From: Ruditapes philippinarum | Lineage: Eukaryota | NCBI RefSeq assembly: GCF_026571515.1 | Contig: NW_026853980.1 | Span: forward strand, 248,001 to 312,000 | Direction of reading: 5' to 3' | DNA: 64,000 bases | Shown: piece after piece, positions 1 to 15,200 of the stretch | Position numbering within the stretch: position 1 is the first letter of the stretch | How the letters are laid out: the number at the start of each line of letters is the position of its first letter | The notes under the pieces: generated by a model | The model's database searches: none | Told to the model about the DNA's origin: nothing | Seen by the model: the letters and a program-made list of their open reading frames with translations, nothing else | Position numbers and translations under genes: made by a program

Positions 1-169
1 ATTGAAGTTCAAATGTTCGATTGTAATGTCGTTTGGATAATAATGTGAGTAACAATTGAATGTTTGCCACCACATATGTATATGGATATTTAAACATACA
101 CATCCTGAATATTATCATTCCTTGTACAATATACTTACCTGACCTTTTCTGTTCATCTATTCATGCCAG

Positions 170-283
170 GACCCTGCCAAACAGGTGACAATACTTGCCT
201 GAATGATGCTTATTGTCAAACAGATAATGGAGTCACAACATGTATATGTAAGACTGGTTTCTCCGGTCCAACCTGTAGCAATG
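170..283 (+). CDS. EGF-like domain exon, unit 1
   Basis: [37 protein letters not shown]; 6-Cys EGF spacing; phase 1-1; cag and gtaagt boundaries. Confidence 0.92.
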
Positions 284-3200
284 GTAAGTTACTTTACAAA
301 AAAAATCTTTATATTTTAGGATAATACAAAATAGTGTTAATTCGTTTATAGTCTTGTTTCTGACTGAAGACTATTACTTCAATAATCATGATTTTCGTAA
401 TATTAAAATGGATGTCTAACATGATTTCATGTTTGTTGACCCTTAACATTTAATATTTTTAGATAAAAAACTGTTAAATTTTTCCATCGGCACTTATGTT
501 ACGTTTTAATATTGCAGTTTCGGCAGGACTTTCCTCCACACATGCTGTAAGTTAAAATACTAGTACTTTCCTTTTTGAACTTAGTAACTGTGTTTTAAAT
601 TTTGATTCAAATGGCAAATTCTTGATTTTATAGATACTGTTGGCAAAGATAGTTAAATGTATTTTATCATGCTAATTTTTTCAAATTTCGTTGTGCAACT
701 TATTAAATTATTACAGGCGTTCACAGACGTAGCCAAGCCAAAGATTATTTCCTGTGTTTTGAACCAAAAGTGCAGTTTTGCTTTGATTGTCAGCGAAAAT
801 TCAAATCATGCGTACGTTTCAAATTCAACATTATTTTCCTCCTATTTATTTTATACTCTCTGGTTGATTTTTCTAAAATTTTCATTTATTTAATGTTAAA
901 ATAGTCAGTGTTGTTATTTATTTTTTTACTTTGAGATCATTGAATCAGGCACATTACGTAAGTGTTGAAAATTAAATAACACTTAAGCTGTTGCTGTCTT
1001 TAATGCTTCCTTGGGATCACGCTTTTTCCATTTTTGTCATTAACTTAGAAAATACTGTTATTCTAGATTTTATGTTTGACAAATGGTGCTCCAACCTTCG
1101 TATTTATGACGAAATGTTCAGGTTATTTCAACACTTCTTGTTTTGTAGACCCATTGTATCTGCAGGGTATGTTGATCCATCGCTGCTGCTGGAAGAAATT
1201 GAGATTGTTGATAGATTACCAATTCACAATAGTTATCAAGCTAATATTAGAATGAAATCTACACAATTGGGTTTGAAGGTTTTGTGCATTCAGACAAAGG
1301 ACATAAATGGGTAAGATATATGATTGTGTATTTGTATTTGGAAGACGTATAAAAGAGTCATATAGTGGTTCATCGTTTGACATTATTTCGGTTGAATGAA
1401 AAGGTGTCCCTTGCAATTTCTTGTCTGACAAAGCACAACTGTAACACTACCTTGTTCCCCCTTTTCAGTCTTCTGATCTGGAACATAATTTTTCAAAGGA
1501 TAATTTTGAAACTATTTTGTCAAAGAACACATTCTATTCCTTGTTTTATTATAATAACCAAACTTTTTGCAATGTTCTTGTCCTTCACACTTCAATAAAA
1601 CTTGATGAAAATGTCCATAACAAATTAGTTATACAATACATTATTCTTTAGTTTACTGAAACGAACTTACTTTTGCGAGTGGTATAAAAAGGTGAACTTG
1701 TCTGTCGTTAGTAGCCAACTCAATGGTTTTGAGATGATAACTTGAATATGTTCCCATGGAGTTAATAATTGTTGTAACACAGATAAGTTCAGATATAGTT
1801 ACAAACAAATTCTTTTACAGGGTTTTGCCTTTTATCTTCAATATTACACACACAAAGTCTGGTTTCAGTTTACTATTTCTAACAAGTTTTGACCATTTTG
1901 TGTTTTTGTTTACAATAATTAAACATTGTCTCCAGAAAACAATTATTCAAACGCAAAACATTTAAGAATGCATGATTTTTTAATTAATATTATATGAAAC
2001 AGATTTTGTTAAAGGTCCTGTATGTTTTGTGATTGATATTGTAACTGTGTGTATACCACACTTGCAAAAAATATAAATGTATATAATGATGCAAATAAAA
2101 CAATTTTCAAACATCGAAGAATATGTAAAATGTGTACTGCAAATATTTGTGCACATTATATTTAATCCAAGAATCATATGTCTTCATTTCTTAGTGGAGA
2201 AATTGACTAGAATTTATAAAAATAAATTTCTAATTACCTCCTTTTATTTACATGAAATGTTAAATTCGGTAATATCTTTATAAATAAGGCTTATTGGAAC
2301 TTACAATATTGACAAATCTTAATTTGAGCATTATATTTATGAAACCATGAACAAATTGTGTATTAGGATCTTTAAATGTTTTACAGGCCAATATTTTCAT
2401 GTCTTCTTTTAAAAGTAGTAATCATTTTCAATCTTTATGTTTGCAAAAATGTTTCCGATGATAACACCGTAGAGGGACTATAAATACATTTATGGTACAC
2501 ATTTTGGTTGAATTTATATCTAAATATACCAACTTCCAACTTTTTTTACAAACGGGTACAATTTTTGAATTAGAAATAAAAACTAGACAGTAAAATGATA
2601 AAAGATAAAAGTATATATTGTCGGAAATACATTTGGCACTTCTTCAAGGTGGTCTTTATCTTGCTGTTTCCATATCTTTGTGATAAGACGATAATTTAAT
2701 AATATTAATCTAGTTTAATGAAAAGGCTTATCAAAGAAATGGATATTATAGGTGGGCATTCAAAATACAATACAATTTAGTATTAAAGTGTAAGATGGGG
2801 GTATTAATGACTTTATTTAATACCTCTAGTTTTAGCAAACCAAACAATACTTCATAGATTTACAACAAAAGTGTATATATATGTTATATAAACTTCTTGA
2901 TAAACAAATGAACATAGACAATCCAAAAGATAAGCACCAGTTTTAATTAATTTATCTATTAATTACAATTAATAAACGAATGCCATTAACATATACAAAT
3001 GCATACACATAAACTGCATCCTATTGCTTATAACTCAGTGTATATCATGTCATAATTATCTACAAATGCATAAATATAAACTGCATTCTATTGCTTATAA
3101 CTATGTGTTTATCATGTCATAATTATCTACAAATGCATAAATATAAACTGCATTCTATTGCTCATAACTAAGTGTTTATCATGTTGACAGAATTAACAAA

Positions 3201-6200
3201 GACGAGCTGTGTACTGATGTCGACGTTGTTTCTGGTGAGTAATCTATAAAATAATGGTATGGTAATTGAATTGGCTTCCTTGTAAACATTCAGAAACAAA
3301 ATGTTTAAAGCATACTTTGAAATACCAGTGCACCTTTTAGAATTAAGTGCATGTTTATCTTTTTGAAGATCATAATGGAATACTTAAATATTTGTTTCTA
3401 GTTCAATGCAATATTGAATGATATAACTTACTTTATAGATTCATTTTTATTTAATATAATTATTTATCATTTCTTTTAGATACCGTCACTATATACACGT
3501 TTAAGGTATGTCTTTGATTTTTTTTACTAATTCAGATATTTTGAAAGACATTAAACATTACATGAGTTTTAACATTAATCATTTGCAAATAGTAGTTGAT
3601 TTAATTGTAACTTTGGCCAGAAATATGTATCTTTCACTTATTCGTCACGTGCTTGTTTTTAAATCTGTTTTGGCAAGTACACGATATTGATAATCACAGT
3701 TACTTTTCTTGGTAATTATTTGTTGTGGTTTAAATGATAACTGACATTTATTATTCAAGTTAATATCTTAATATTTTATCTTTACTAGGATCGACCTCAT
3801 TTTGTCGAGCCAAGTTTGCCCACGGATGCCGAGGTAGAATGTCTCGCGGGCGGACCATGTCACGTGCTCTATCGTGTGACTCCTGGCACTGGAAATGAAA
3901 ACGAATGGTTAAAATATATAATAATTTTAGTTTGTTGCTGAACATAATTTAGGGTTTTAATTAATTAACGTTTTTGAAACGCATATTCTTGTACATGAAA
4001 TATTCGTTGATAAAACGCAAACATAATGATGTAAAAGCACATACAATCAGAGAAAATCTTTTATTGAATTAGCAAATCCAGTATAAGGTTGATATGATCA
4101 TTATATATGAGATATGTCATCATGTGCTAAATGTAATGTTGTATCATTATAACAGTTCAATAACAGTTAATATGAATTTTTAGTGTGACGTTAAAAGTAA
4201 ACCCACCTGCTGGGTTTGTGAACTATTTTCTCTTCTCATCATGTGATACGTGTCCTACCAATGGTAACTGTACAGTCGATGTATCTATAGTTAACACTAT
4301 TGCGGACAAAAACACTGCTCGAAAGTTCTGTTTGTCTGTCGGCCTAAAAGGGTAATATCCTTAATAATTATATTCATTGTTTTTCAAACCGTATATATTA
4401 TCGAAAAATACAAATTCTTTCTAATTAATTGAATGTGATAAATATGACTCAGTAATCTATATTCAGATTTATCCTTCTTTATTATCAATATAAAATACAG
4501 TTAATAACTTTCCAAACGGCATTTTTGTATACGATGCAAGAGCATAATTTGAAGTATTCCTATCTTTTAATGTCTTCTTTTAATCATATGTGTATATTTA
4601 TATCTAGAAAATCAGACGACGGTGAACAACGTTGTTTTAACATAAACGTAAAAGATCAAACGACTATTGGTAGGCGTTATACTGAAATTGCTTATTATAA
4701 TTAAAAATCAAGGTTTTTGAGAGATATGTTGTTAATAATTTACGTTTATGGTAGGGTACGATCATTTTATAAGTACCAACAAGAGGTTTAAATTCTCATG
4801 TAAAATTAATAAATCAAATCTATAGCTCTTTTCAGTTGTTTTTTATTCTAAACTATGAACATGGTTTAAGCGTTATGTTTTGCACAACTTCATTTCAAAA
4901 TGAAGATTGTTTAAAAAGTTAATTCAAACGAATTCTCATGGCATAATGATATTATCAATATACAATGTTTAAACATATACTATGTCTGTTTTATAGTTAA
5001 GAAAGGATGTCAGACGCTCGAATGCAAGAATGGAGGCTTTTGTGATGGACATGACATGAATAATCCCGTTTGCTACTGTTCAAAGGGATTTTCTGGGTCA
5101 CAATGCAAAGAAGGTTACACTTTCATTCTATTCTTATTATCAAAGATAACTGCGAGTTGATCCGAGATTAAAAATACAGATACAGATAAAATTATGCTCT
5201 TACTCATAAAACATATCAACATTATTTTATACTGAAGTTTGTCTTATTTACAATTTGTCATGGAGAATTTTCCACCATTGTTACTGCATACGATTTATGA
5301 TATTTTTATATCTTTTGTAGCGAAAGTAGATAGCCAAATGACGGGACCACAAACACTGGTAATGTAAAAATAGCTTTGAATTGAAACATAATAATCATGT
5401 TCCTCAAGTATCCAACACTGAATGTTTGTGAAATGGTCTAATATAGACGACATTTTTGAAATAGTTCTAAGCAAATGGTTTTCAAATCCAATAGATATTT
5501 GTACCACATTGTACCAACATGCAAGTAACAGAACAGTTCACAGTAAATTGCAATGAATAAATAAAAGATCAGTTTCTACTAAATGAAAAAAATAACGATG
5601 TGAGCCAAAGTGTGAATCTGTCATATTTGATTTTTGATAAAATTATTTTTTAGGCAGTTTACAATAAAACATCATTAAATCTTTGTAGAGTTTCATCGGA
5701 GATTTTACAGTTCCGTCTGAGGTTAAATGCGTTATCAACGAGGCATGTGATATACCGTTCCAAGTAATTTCAAAGAACGGACATTCGTAAGCTTTCCTAT
5801 GTTTTAGCTTTCTCTGATTGTATCTTTTTATTAACGTTTTTCATGAAGAAAGTTACGTACCTACACAATGTTTATGATTTCTGATAGTTGCCGAACATAC
5901 ATTGAATAAAACTATGTTATTTATTTATCACTTTTTTGAATTTATTGTATAAAAGATTTTAATATTATTTAATATTACTTATGTGTTTTTATGTCAAGCC
6001 CAAGTGTATCTCTGGGATATCACGATCCACTGCTGAATGTGATGGAACCTTCCTTTATGCCCCTCGCAAGTTCTTCTACCGTATTTCAAGGAAAGATAGT
6101 GTCTATTCCTATTAAGGAAGGAGACTTCAGATTCTGTCTGCAGGCAACTCTCAACAGGTAACAAAAGACACACATCTAGTTAATCATCTTATAACAAAGT

Positions 6201-9200
6201 ACCTATACAAATTGACTGTTCGTGATGTTTGGGAGTCGAAAACCTTTAAATAAGTGTCAATAATTCATTTTTTCTGTATTTTTTTAAATGAAAGTATGTT
6301 ACATTTCAGAATGTTTAAACACACACACGGTGTCATTTTATGACAAGAATGCTTGGTTTCCTCATGTATTCCATACTCACTAAGATAAGGTGGTTGTAAA
6401 ATCTTTCCCGTACAAGATAATGATTTGTTTGAAAGTTATGCCAAAAATAAAACCTTGGCCGACTTACATACTGGTTTTATCGCAATAATACTATCATGGC
6501 TACTACTTAATTTCATTACTTTTATGGGTTTTTTTTATTTGTTTGCTGGTCATTTTAAAAACGATCATAAATTTAAATTTGTCATAACTACATTATTAAA
6601 GCTTCTATTCGTATTTTTTTTGTTTTTAATTTTTAGCAAAACTGAAGATGAAATATGTGTCATGGTTGAAGTGATAAGTAAGTAGTTAGTTGATTACGTT
6701 TAATCTTCAAACCTACATAATACCGCAAATGTCTGTAAGATTGTAGAAACACAAATAATTCGAAAAGTAACAACAGCTTTAGTACAATAACTATTGAACA
6801 TTGTTTATAGACAGGACTGTTTGTGAGAATTTGTATGTTAATAGGGTATGGTAAATCCGTTAAAGGTAGATTCCAAACTGAAAGGCTTCATCTTGATCAT
6901 TGGCCATTTAAAATGACCACTAAAATTGCTTCCAATTTATTTATCATAAATGAATAACATATCAAATAAAACTTTTAAAATTGGAAAAAAAAAACCTGAA
7001 AATTTTCATCAAAAACATTTTCATAAAGTAGTTTGCTGCAATTCTGATTATGGCTATTTTAACCCATAAGCCGTGTTACGTTTGATAGATCTGTTTCTAC
7101 AGGTAATGATCTTCTTACCCACCGGGTACATTTATAATTATAACTTAGCCACCGCCTTTCTTGGAGCTATCCTTATCCCTAACATGACTAAATGATCAGA
7201 GGCAGAGCCCTTTCCTTGAACTTCTCTTTCCCATCATTAATTACTGGGACATTGTTTTTCCTTTAACTACCATTAACGCCACTATCACTAACTGGTTCGA
7301 AGCAACACTTAAAATTGTCTCCAAGGCACTCGGCTCAAAAGGCAACCTATTACAATTTTAGATGTACCCAAGAAAGACAATTTTAAGTTTCCTTATAGCC
7401 CAAGACACATAATAAATGAGCAAAGCAGTAGAAGAATCATTGGAGGACTGGACCATGGGTGATTGCTTAACAGTTCTCACAGCTGATACTCTCTTATGCC
7501 TTTAGTGCTATTACACCACATAATATAGTATTACAGTTCAGTTGATATTAACTGACAGTTGATTTCGATTCTTGGACATTGTGGGGATCACTTAATATGA
7601 TAATTTGAAGCCCCTCTTGACAAATCAAACTGACTTGTTTTAAACAAGGCACGCGATTTGATGCTTATGGCTTTTGGCGCAGGCATATAACCTGTTTGCC
7701 TTAAACTTACAAGATGCAATTGCATTTTAGCTGGCTCTTTGTGGATTTTGCTCCTTTGCTCCTGAACCAACAATCAATTATTCAAGCACATAAAAAACAT
7801 ATGAATGTAACTGATAATAATTATGCAAAATAAAGATTATATAGAGCTTTGCCCTATAGTGTTCAGCAAGGCGCCCACATTGTATTACATTGTTTGACAC
7901 ATTTGACCACTGACATCTCTCAACATTAAAATGAAAGCATTCCATCTGCTTTTTTCAACGAAGTTCAAAGTCTCAAAGTACTAGAGATACCTATGACCAA
8001 CATAAGTTCATAATCAAATGAGATCATGACATGATTTTACGGACATAGCCTTATTATTCCGCAGGAAGTCCTAAGGTTTATCGATAAAAGGCCTAAAACC
8101 GATAAGAATGTCTCGAGAGGAATCTCTAATTCAAGTCAACCCTAATTTATTCACAAATCACTGATTTAAATCCCCTTAGATAGCTGTTTGGTTTTGCCGT
8201 TCCTTAACATATGCATTCAACAATATTCCACCATTTCTATCCGAACACTGCCAGCCCTAAGCCATTCAAAATGCATTATTTAATATCACATGACAACAAA
8301 ATAGAGGACAAAAGACCTCAAAAATGGGAGTCTACGGAACGCTATCCGCCATGTTTTTTTTAAAAAGTTAAAATACTTTCTTCAAGTTCGAAGCTCGAAA
8401 CCACATGTAGCTATGGACTCCTACGGGGTAAATAGTATATTGAATTTTTTTATAAAAAGAATAAACATTACCGCGTTTGTTAAGGAATGAGTCTCATTTT
8501 TGAAAAACTAATACTTGCATTCATTTCGATCTGCTCAATGATTGTTTTTCATTATTAACACCAGCAAAGCCTTCAGCACTATCTTGAGCAGTAACAAATC
8601 AGAAAGAAAACATCAAAAGACTACCAAGCTAATACTTCAGAACATGACAAATTTATGCTATGTGTACACATAAATATATGGGTACTGAATGCACAAGTGT
8701 AATGCAAAATGTATATATGAGACCATATTGAGGGCTGTATTTCATAACACAGTAAGATTCTTTCAAAACTCCGGTATCAAATTTATTCAGTAGGCACTTT
8801 CACATGAACGAAATGAAATTTTACCTAATAATTATCATGCTCTGTCAAATAAATAGAGGATATTTGTTTGTTTGTGTGTAAGATGAAATTTTATTTCATC
8901 GAGTGGGCTTTAAAAACAGTATTCTCACGAGTGGCGAAGCCACGAGTGAGAATACTGTTTTTAAAGTTCACGAGATGAAATAAAATTACATCTTACACAA
9001 CAAACAGACAAATTTTCTTTTTATTTTATGCTTAAAAACAAGTTAAAACGAAATTTCCATAATTTTAACGTTAATATTAAAACTGTTTCCCCCATTGAGA
9101 GCCCCATTTATTCGGAATTTCTCATTAAAAAAAAGAAGTCTTGAGCTGAAAAATAAGTCCGCCAGCAACATTAAATGACGGTGACATTTATTAATTTTAT

Positions 9201-12200
9201 TAAAAAAATATGAATGATCGCTTGTTTTGATAATAAAAACAAACAATTCTTGTAGGAGAAAAAGTCCAACCATCCATCCATATTTCTGTTACTTAGTGCG
9301 AATTTATATTAGACCTGGCTTTGTAAATTGTAAGCGGCAGCCATTTTTTAAAGTTCTGTATTTCATGGGAGGAAAATAATTGTGTAAGATTCAGAGGGAT
9401 ATAATTTGGATTTGTTAGTCATACACATTCTTAAAAGAAAGAAAACTTATTTGAGGATTGTAACAGACAAAAAATAAGTGTTGACAGATGTGAAAACATT
9501 CAGAAAAGGAGCTAAGAAAATGGAAAACTTGGAAACCTGCTCAAGAACGCTGGGTTGATTTAACTTATTCTTCGAGTTATGGCTGTCAATGCTTTCAATT
9601 TTTCATAAAGCATACGGCAGTTATTGCTCGTAGGATACTTTAATATGCCCAAATGTCATCAAGAGCAGTTTTGCATGGGGAAGGAATGTATTTTTGAGAC
9701 TGTCAAAATGAAACAAAAAAACGAAATTTGGTGATTGGAATTTCATGAATTTGAATGAATAGAAGTAAGTTTTCTTCTTTTTATTACTTTTGACATTTAA
9801 GTTATTTATCAATTTCAGTTTTGCTTTTTCTTTAAACAGCCTGACATTGTCAGAATTGTCAGCAAAAATAAAATTGAGGTACCACATGGGGAAAATCTTA
9901 AAAAAGTAGTTTCGTCATTGAAAAGAGTGAAATTATATTTTGATAATTTTCACTGTGAAATTACCAAATATAATTTTCACGGATAAATCAGTAATCCACT
10001 GAAAAGCATAAAATAAAACAAAATATTATACATGATACCGTATATATCCTTTTTTACCTTGTTTTGTGGCGATCTGTACGTATTATCTAAAATAGCTAGG
10101 ACATGGTTATATCATCAACTGATTAAGTGTTTAACTTAATGAATATTGAAGAATCATTTGTCATTATTGTTCGTTTTATTTTTACAAACCAACTTACAGA
10201 GATGATCAGTCCAAGACATAAACATTATTGTTTCATTCTTTATTTGCAAGTCAGATATCACGGTACGATGTGTTCAATAAATTTGAGTGAAAATAGTTTA
10301 AATAGGTTTAAAATATATATACAGCAGACTTTTATAAACAGGATTTTTATAAACAGACGTACGTTTTCAAAAGCTTTGCGTTTATTTTGCGATTTGGTGT
10401 ATTTGAAATGATGATAAGTTCCTTTCACTTCAAAATCGATATAATAAAAAAAGATATTTCAGTATATAACTACATGGCATTTCATGGTGAAAAACAAGAA
10501 AAACAATTTCACATAGTTATTACCATGAGTGATACAACAACCAATAAAAATCATTAAAAATTACTATATCATGATTATAAAATAAAACCTAAAGACTAGT
10601 TATAAGAAGACAAACTATACAAAACAGTAATCATTTTGTAATTTTTTATATAAAAGATATAAAAAAAAAAATTTAAAAAAAGATTAAAAAAATAATGTTA
10701 TTTTGAAAATGTCATTTTTTTTTTCTGAAAAGGTCGAAGCTTAAGAAAAGCGTTTGTTTTTATTGAACTGATTTTATAAAAGATATAATTAAAATACCTC
10801 CATGTTATCTATAAATGAAAAATTGACATGTATTCATATACCCAGGATGACACAAAAAAGTGCGTGTGAATTCACTTGTTTCCATTGTTGTCCAGAATAT
10901 TTATTATAATGCATGTATATCAATATCAGATATCAGATTTCAGAAGAATAACCAATATTTAATTTTTAAAATCAACTGCAGTTCTTCATAAAGAAAAATT
11001 AATTAACCTAGTATCCTAAAAACAGTGTATAGAATTTATTTCTATTTCAGGTACAGCCGTGGAAAAAACGGACAAGGTAAACATTAGTTTAATTTAAATA
11101 TGTATAATTTGCGTATGAAACATTGTTTTATCTTCTAATTCAAATATTTTTAGAAAATTAAGTAATTTAAACACGATTTTAATAAGTTAATGATTTTTCA
11201 AACATTAGTTATTGAGTATAGTTTCTGACAAAATATTTAAGTATGTTGAAATATCGTTAGAGAAAAGTAGAAAACTGATAATTGTTTGTTGTTATTTTTT
11301 TTCATTTTTACAGACCAAGCCTTACTTTCTTCCCCCTACACTATCAACTGACGCTACTGTGCTGTGTAAAATCAAAAAGGCTTGTCATTTCGACATGCAT
11401 TTTACATCTGGAGATAAGTTTGCTGGATTTGCAGGAGTGTGGTAATATACAAGTTTATATTTTAAAATAGGAAATTAACTTAGTATATTTTCTTGACTTA
11501 TACACGTCATTCTAAATATTTCGTTTAATGCATTGCATGGATTTGTAATATTGTGCTGTTTTATAACCTTTTAGTCCATCTCTGACTGAGAGGAGTCCAA
11601 GTCCTGTACAAGGTGTACACATATTTAATGTAAAGAGAGAGAACAGTTCGGTGTGTACTGGGGATGTCACGTACGTTCCACCACAAGCAGACGGTCCGCA
11701 CCAACTTTGTCTACAAGTATCGTTACCAGGGTAACAAACATTTCATTTCTGTCTTTCAAATATTTTAAAGTTATTACTTTGTGAAATGATACATCTGTCG
11801 TATATAAAGTGATGATAATTTAAGTATAATTACTGACAATTTAACGATCCGTTATCGTTCTAATGAACTAGTTTGTTTGTAGACGTTAAGAAAGTTAATA
11901 CTACAGTTGCAGTTCATATAGTGTAGAAACAAAAAAATGGTAAGATTAGTTGTATCGCATTTGATTCACGCTCCTGATAAAAGCCATAAGCAGTGTATTT
12001 GAAAATAACTGAAAATGAATTTCTTTATATACATTCAGGAAAAAAGGTGAACGTAGATGTTACACTATTAAAGTAGTCAAAGATATGGACAAGGAAGGTA
12101 AATATATCTAATTATTAAAGTTTTGATTATTTTGTTTGTAATGTTCATTATCATCACATATCAAATGACTATAAATATGTACGATCAACGTTTTTAATTA

Positions 12201-15200
12201 TGCAATTGGTGTTTGAAAACTTTTATTTTGCAGTTTCATCATCATGTCGTGGAATCATTTGTCAACACAACGGAAAATGTTTGGCAGATTTCAAGAAGGT
12301 GCCAGTAACATTCTCGTGTATATGTACATCTGCTGGATTCGTTGGCAAAAATTGTGGACATGGTGAATATAATTTATTGCTCTTTAATACGAATTATTTT
12401 TAAGAACGTGATGAAAATCAATGATTAACAATTTTTTTTTCAATTTAAAATGGTCACAAATATGCGTTTGTATTATAAATATTCAGACAAATATACAATC
12501 GTATCAATAACTAGATGGAATAAACTGCAAAATGTGTCACGAGAAAAAAACGGCAAAAAGGAAAAGATTCTCGCTCCGACAGTCATTATACCTTTTTGTC
12601 AGATCGCAGACTTCATCAAAAAACTTTATAATATGAAACTCGCTCAATTTACGTCACTAAAGAAGGAATGTATATTTTATTACGATTTATGAATTATGTA
12701 TCAGGAATAGACAAGAACAAGACTTTACCAGGAGTCAAGAATTTGAATGGTACGATTAGTGGAATTCATCATTTTGAAATAGACAGCGCTATTCCAACTG
12801 ACGTCAAATGTGAAGAACAAAGTGAATGCTGTATCAATATACCGTATATTGGGATGAAAAATAATCCGTAAGGGACGTTTGCACATATTTACTTTCCAAT
12901 ATGCATGTACATAATAAATATATATAAATATAAAGTTATATTAATCATGTTACTTATTTCATTCCATTTTGTTCATTTTGGGAAATATGGTAACGAGAAA
13001 AGTACCTACCAACTATAAAACCGAGTATACGGTCAAATGTTGGCGTCTAATTGACAATTGGCATCTAATTCTATATGGGGATGCCAAAAATATACGTAAG
13101 GGACTTTTTGTACATATAATCTTTTCAATTTGCGTGTGCATTGCAAATATATAATATTAAAATGATATTAAATATGTTTATCATTTAGTCCATGTAGTCC
13201 ATTTGGGGAACATGATAACGAGAAATGTAGCTACCCTCAAAATACCGAGTAAACGGTCGAATGTTGGCGTCGATCGGTAGTGTTCAATATATGTTTAATG
13301 CTGTTTCTATTTGAAATTAAATTGCTGATATTTTTGATAAAAAAATGTCAAGACCATCATAAACATGACTGTAAAAATATTATACCAGTTGGCTTATATT
13401 TTTATTATTTCACGCCGTTTACAACGGATAAGGGGCGTCCGTGGCCGAGTGGTTAAGGTCGTTGATTTCAAATCACTTGCCCCTCACCCCTTTGGGTTCG
13501 AATCCCGACAGGGACTTTGAATTCTTTCATGTGAGGAAGTTATCTGGCTAGCGCACGTAACGTCCGTGGTTCTACTCAGGTTCCCGTTTTGTCCCTGAAA
13601 TAATGCACGGAAAGGCAGCTGAGGTCTTCTTCCACCAGTAAAGCTGGCACGTCGCGATATGACCTATACTGTGTCGATGTGACGTAAAACAAAAACAAAC
13701 GAAAAAAAACAACGGATAAAAAACATACCCTTTCACAATGATCAACATGAAAAAATTATATTGTGTCGATTGCTTCTGATTTGATGAAAAAGATAGTGCG
13801 ACGTTAATCCCAAGTTGCTTGTTCCATTATAATATGTGAAGGTCCATGATGAGTAACTCTGTTTTGGTAGGAAGACATATAGCTAAATACAGCTGCAACT
13901 TTTATGTTATTTTCTTCTTAATACTTTCTTTTTCTTTTCAATTGGTTTTAATCATCAATGTTTTCTAATGAATGTGTTTCTTGATAACAAAGATATGATA
14001 TAAAATACTATTAATTTTGTGTTCAGGTCTCCTATTTTAGATGCGTTTTGCACTGAAAACAACATGTACAATATGCTGCTTGACGTCACATATTTCATCT
14101 TATTGTTCTGAAGAAGTCCGTTGACGATTGAATGCTGTAACAACCAATGCAAGAACTTGTGAGAGATGCACGTTTAGTTTGTTTTTTCGACTCGAGTGTA
14201 TTGGTTCCCATTATTTTTTATTTCTTTCGAGAGCATTTCATTTTTTATGTTTTATCTTTCAGTCCATTGATTGGTTTGATGAGTTCCGGTTTGAGTATAT
14301 CAAACCAAAGTGTGCTAGGAACTGGAAATACTGATCATTCAAGACATATTTCACAGATATGTGTTAAAGCATCGCTAGGTGGTCCTTATAAATTCTGCCA
14401 GCAGACTACTACAAATGGCACAAATAAAGGGTAACTAATTTGCAAATACAAATGGTACAATTTCAGGGTAACTTATTTGCAACTACTAACATCCCAAATG
14501 TATGCTGTAACTTATTTTCCATTAACATAGTTCTATTTGCATCATATGCAATAATTCAAAGCTTACTTTGTTACTTTATTGTTGCATTACCCTCTATTCC
14601 GATTTTATTTCAATTTGTTAAGATTTTCCTATTTCCTTTAATATAATATATGCTTTTTGTAAAGTTGTGATGATCTTTTTTATTTCAAGGATTAATATTG
14701 ACGAGATTTGCACGAATATCACAGTACAACATAAAAGTAAGTCTTACATTTCAGATAAATATCATTTATTGTCACGTCATATTACTTTGCATTTTCAATT
14801 TCAGTTAACACGATTTGTAATGATTCACTTTACATGAATAAGTGTCGTGAAAGAAAAACAATAACGAGTGGTTGTTTGTCATTTAATGCCGCTTACATTT
14901 TAGACGGGTGTTCTTTCTATACTATGCATATACCTCCAAATGCGTAAATTGATCAAAGCATATTATTGACATTAATGAATATTTACAGCTAATTTTATTG
15001 TGGTTTGCCTAAATGAACGTTTTATTTTAAATAGAAGAGGCAAATATGAAATCAAAAACCTACACATAAAAAGAAGCAATAGTGCTTTTTAATGCCCCCA
15101 AATGTGGCAGATAGTAATCTCACTGTCCGTTCGATAATCTTGTCCGCGCTTCCTCGCCAAAACCGATGGGGGATTCAATGAAACTTCACAGGAGGGATCA

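Noticed and set aside
7050-8355. Decayed retroelement 5' region on the minus strand
   Set aside because: Slightly GC-richer and coding-like, but I could not read a convincing domain motif; a translated search would be needed.
13432-13515. tRNA gene
   Set aside because: A and B boxes are present, but the sequence continues into a SINE core and A-rich tail, is flanked by a TSD and has other copies in the window. It is a SINE head.
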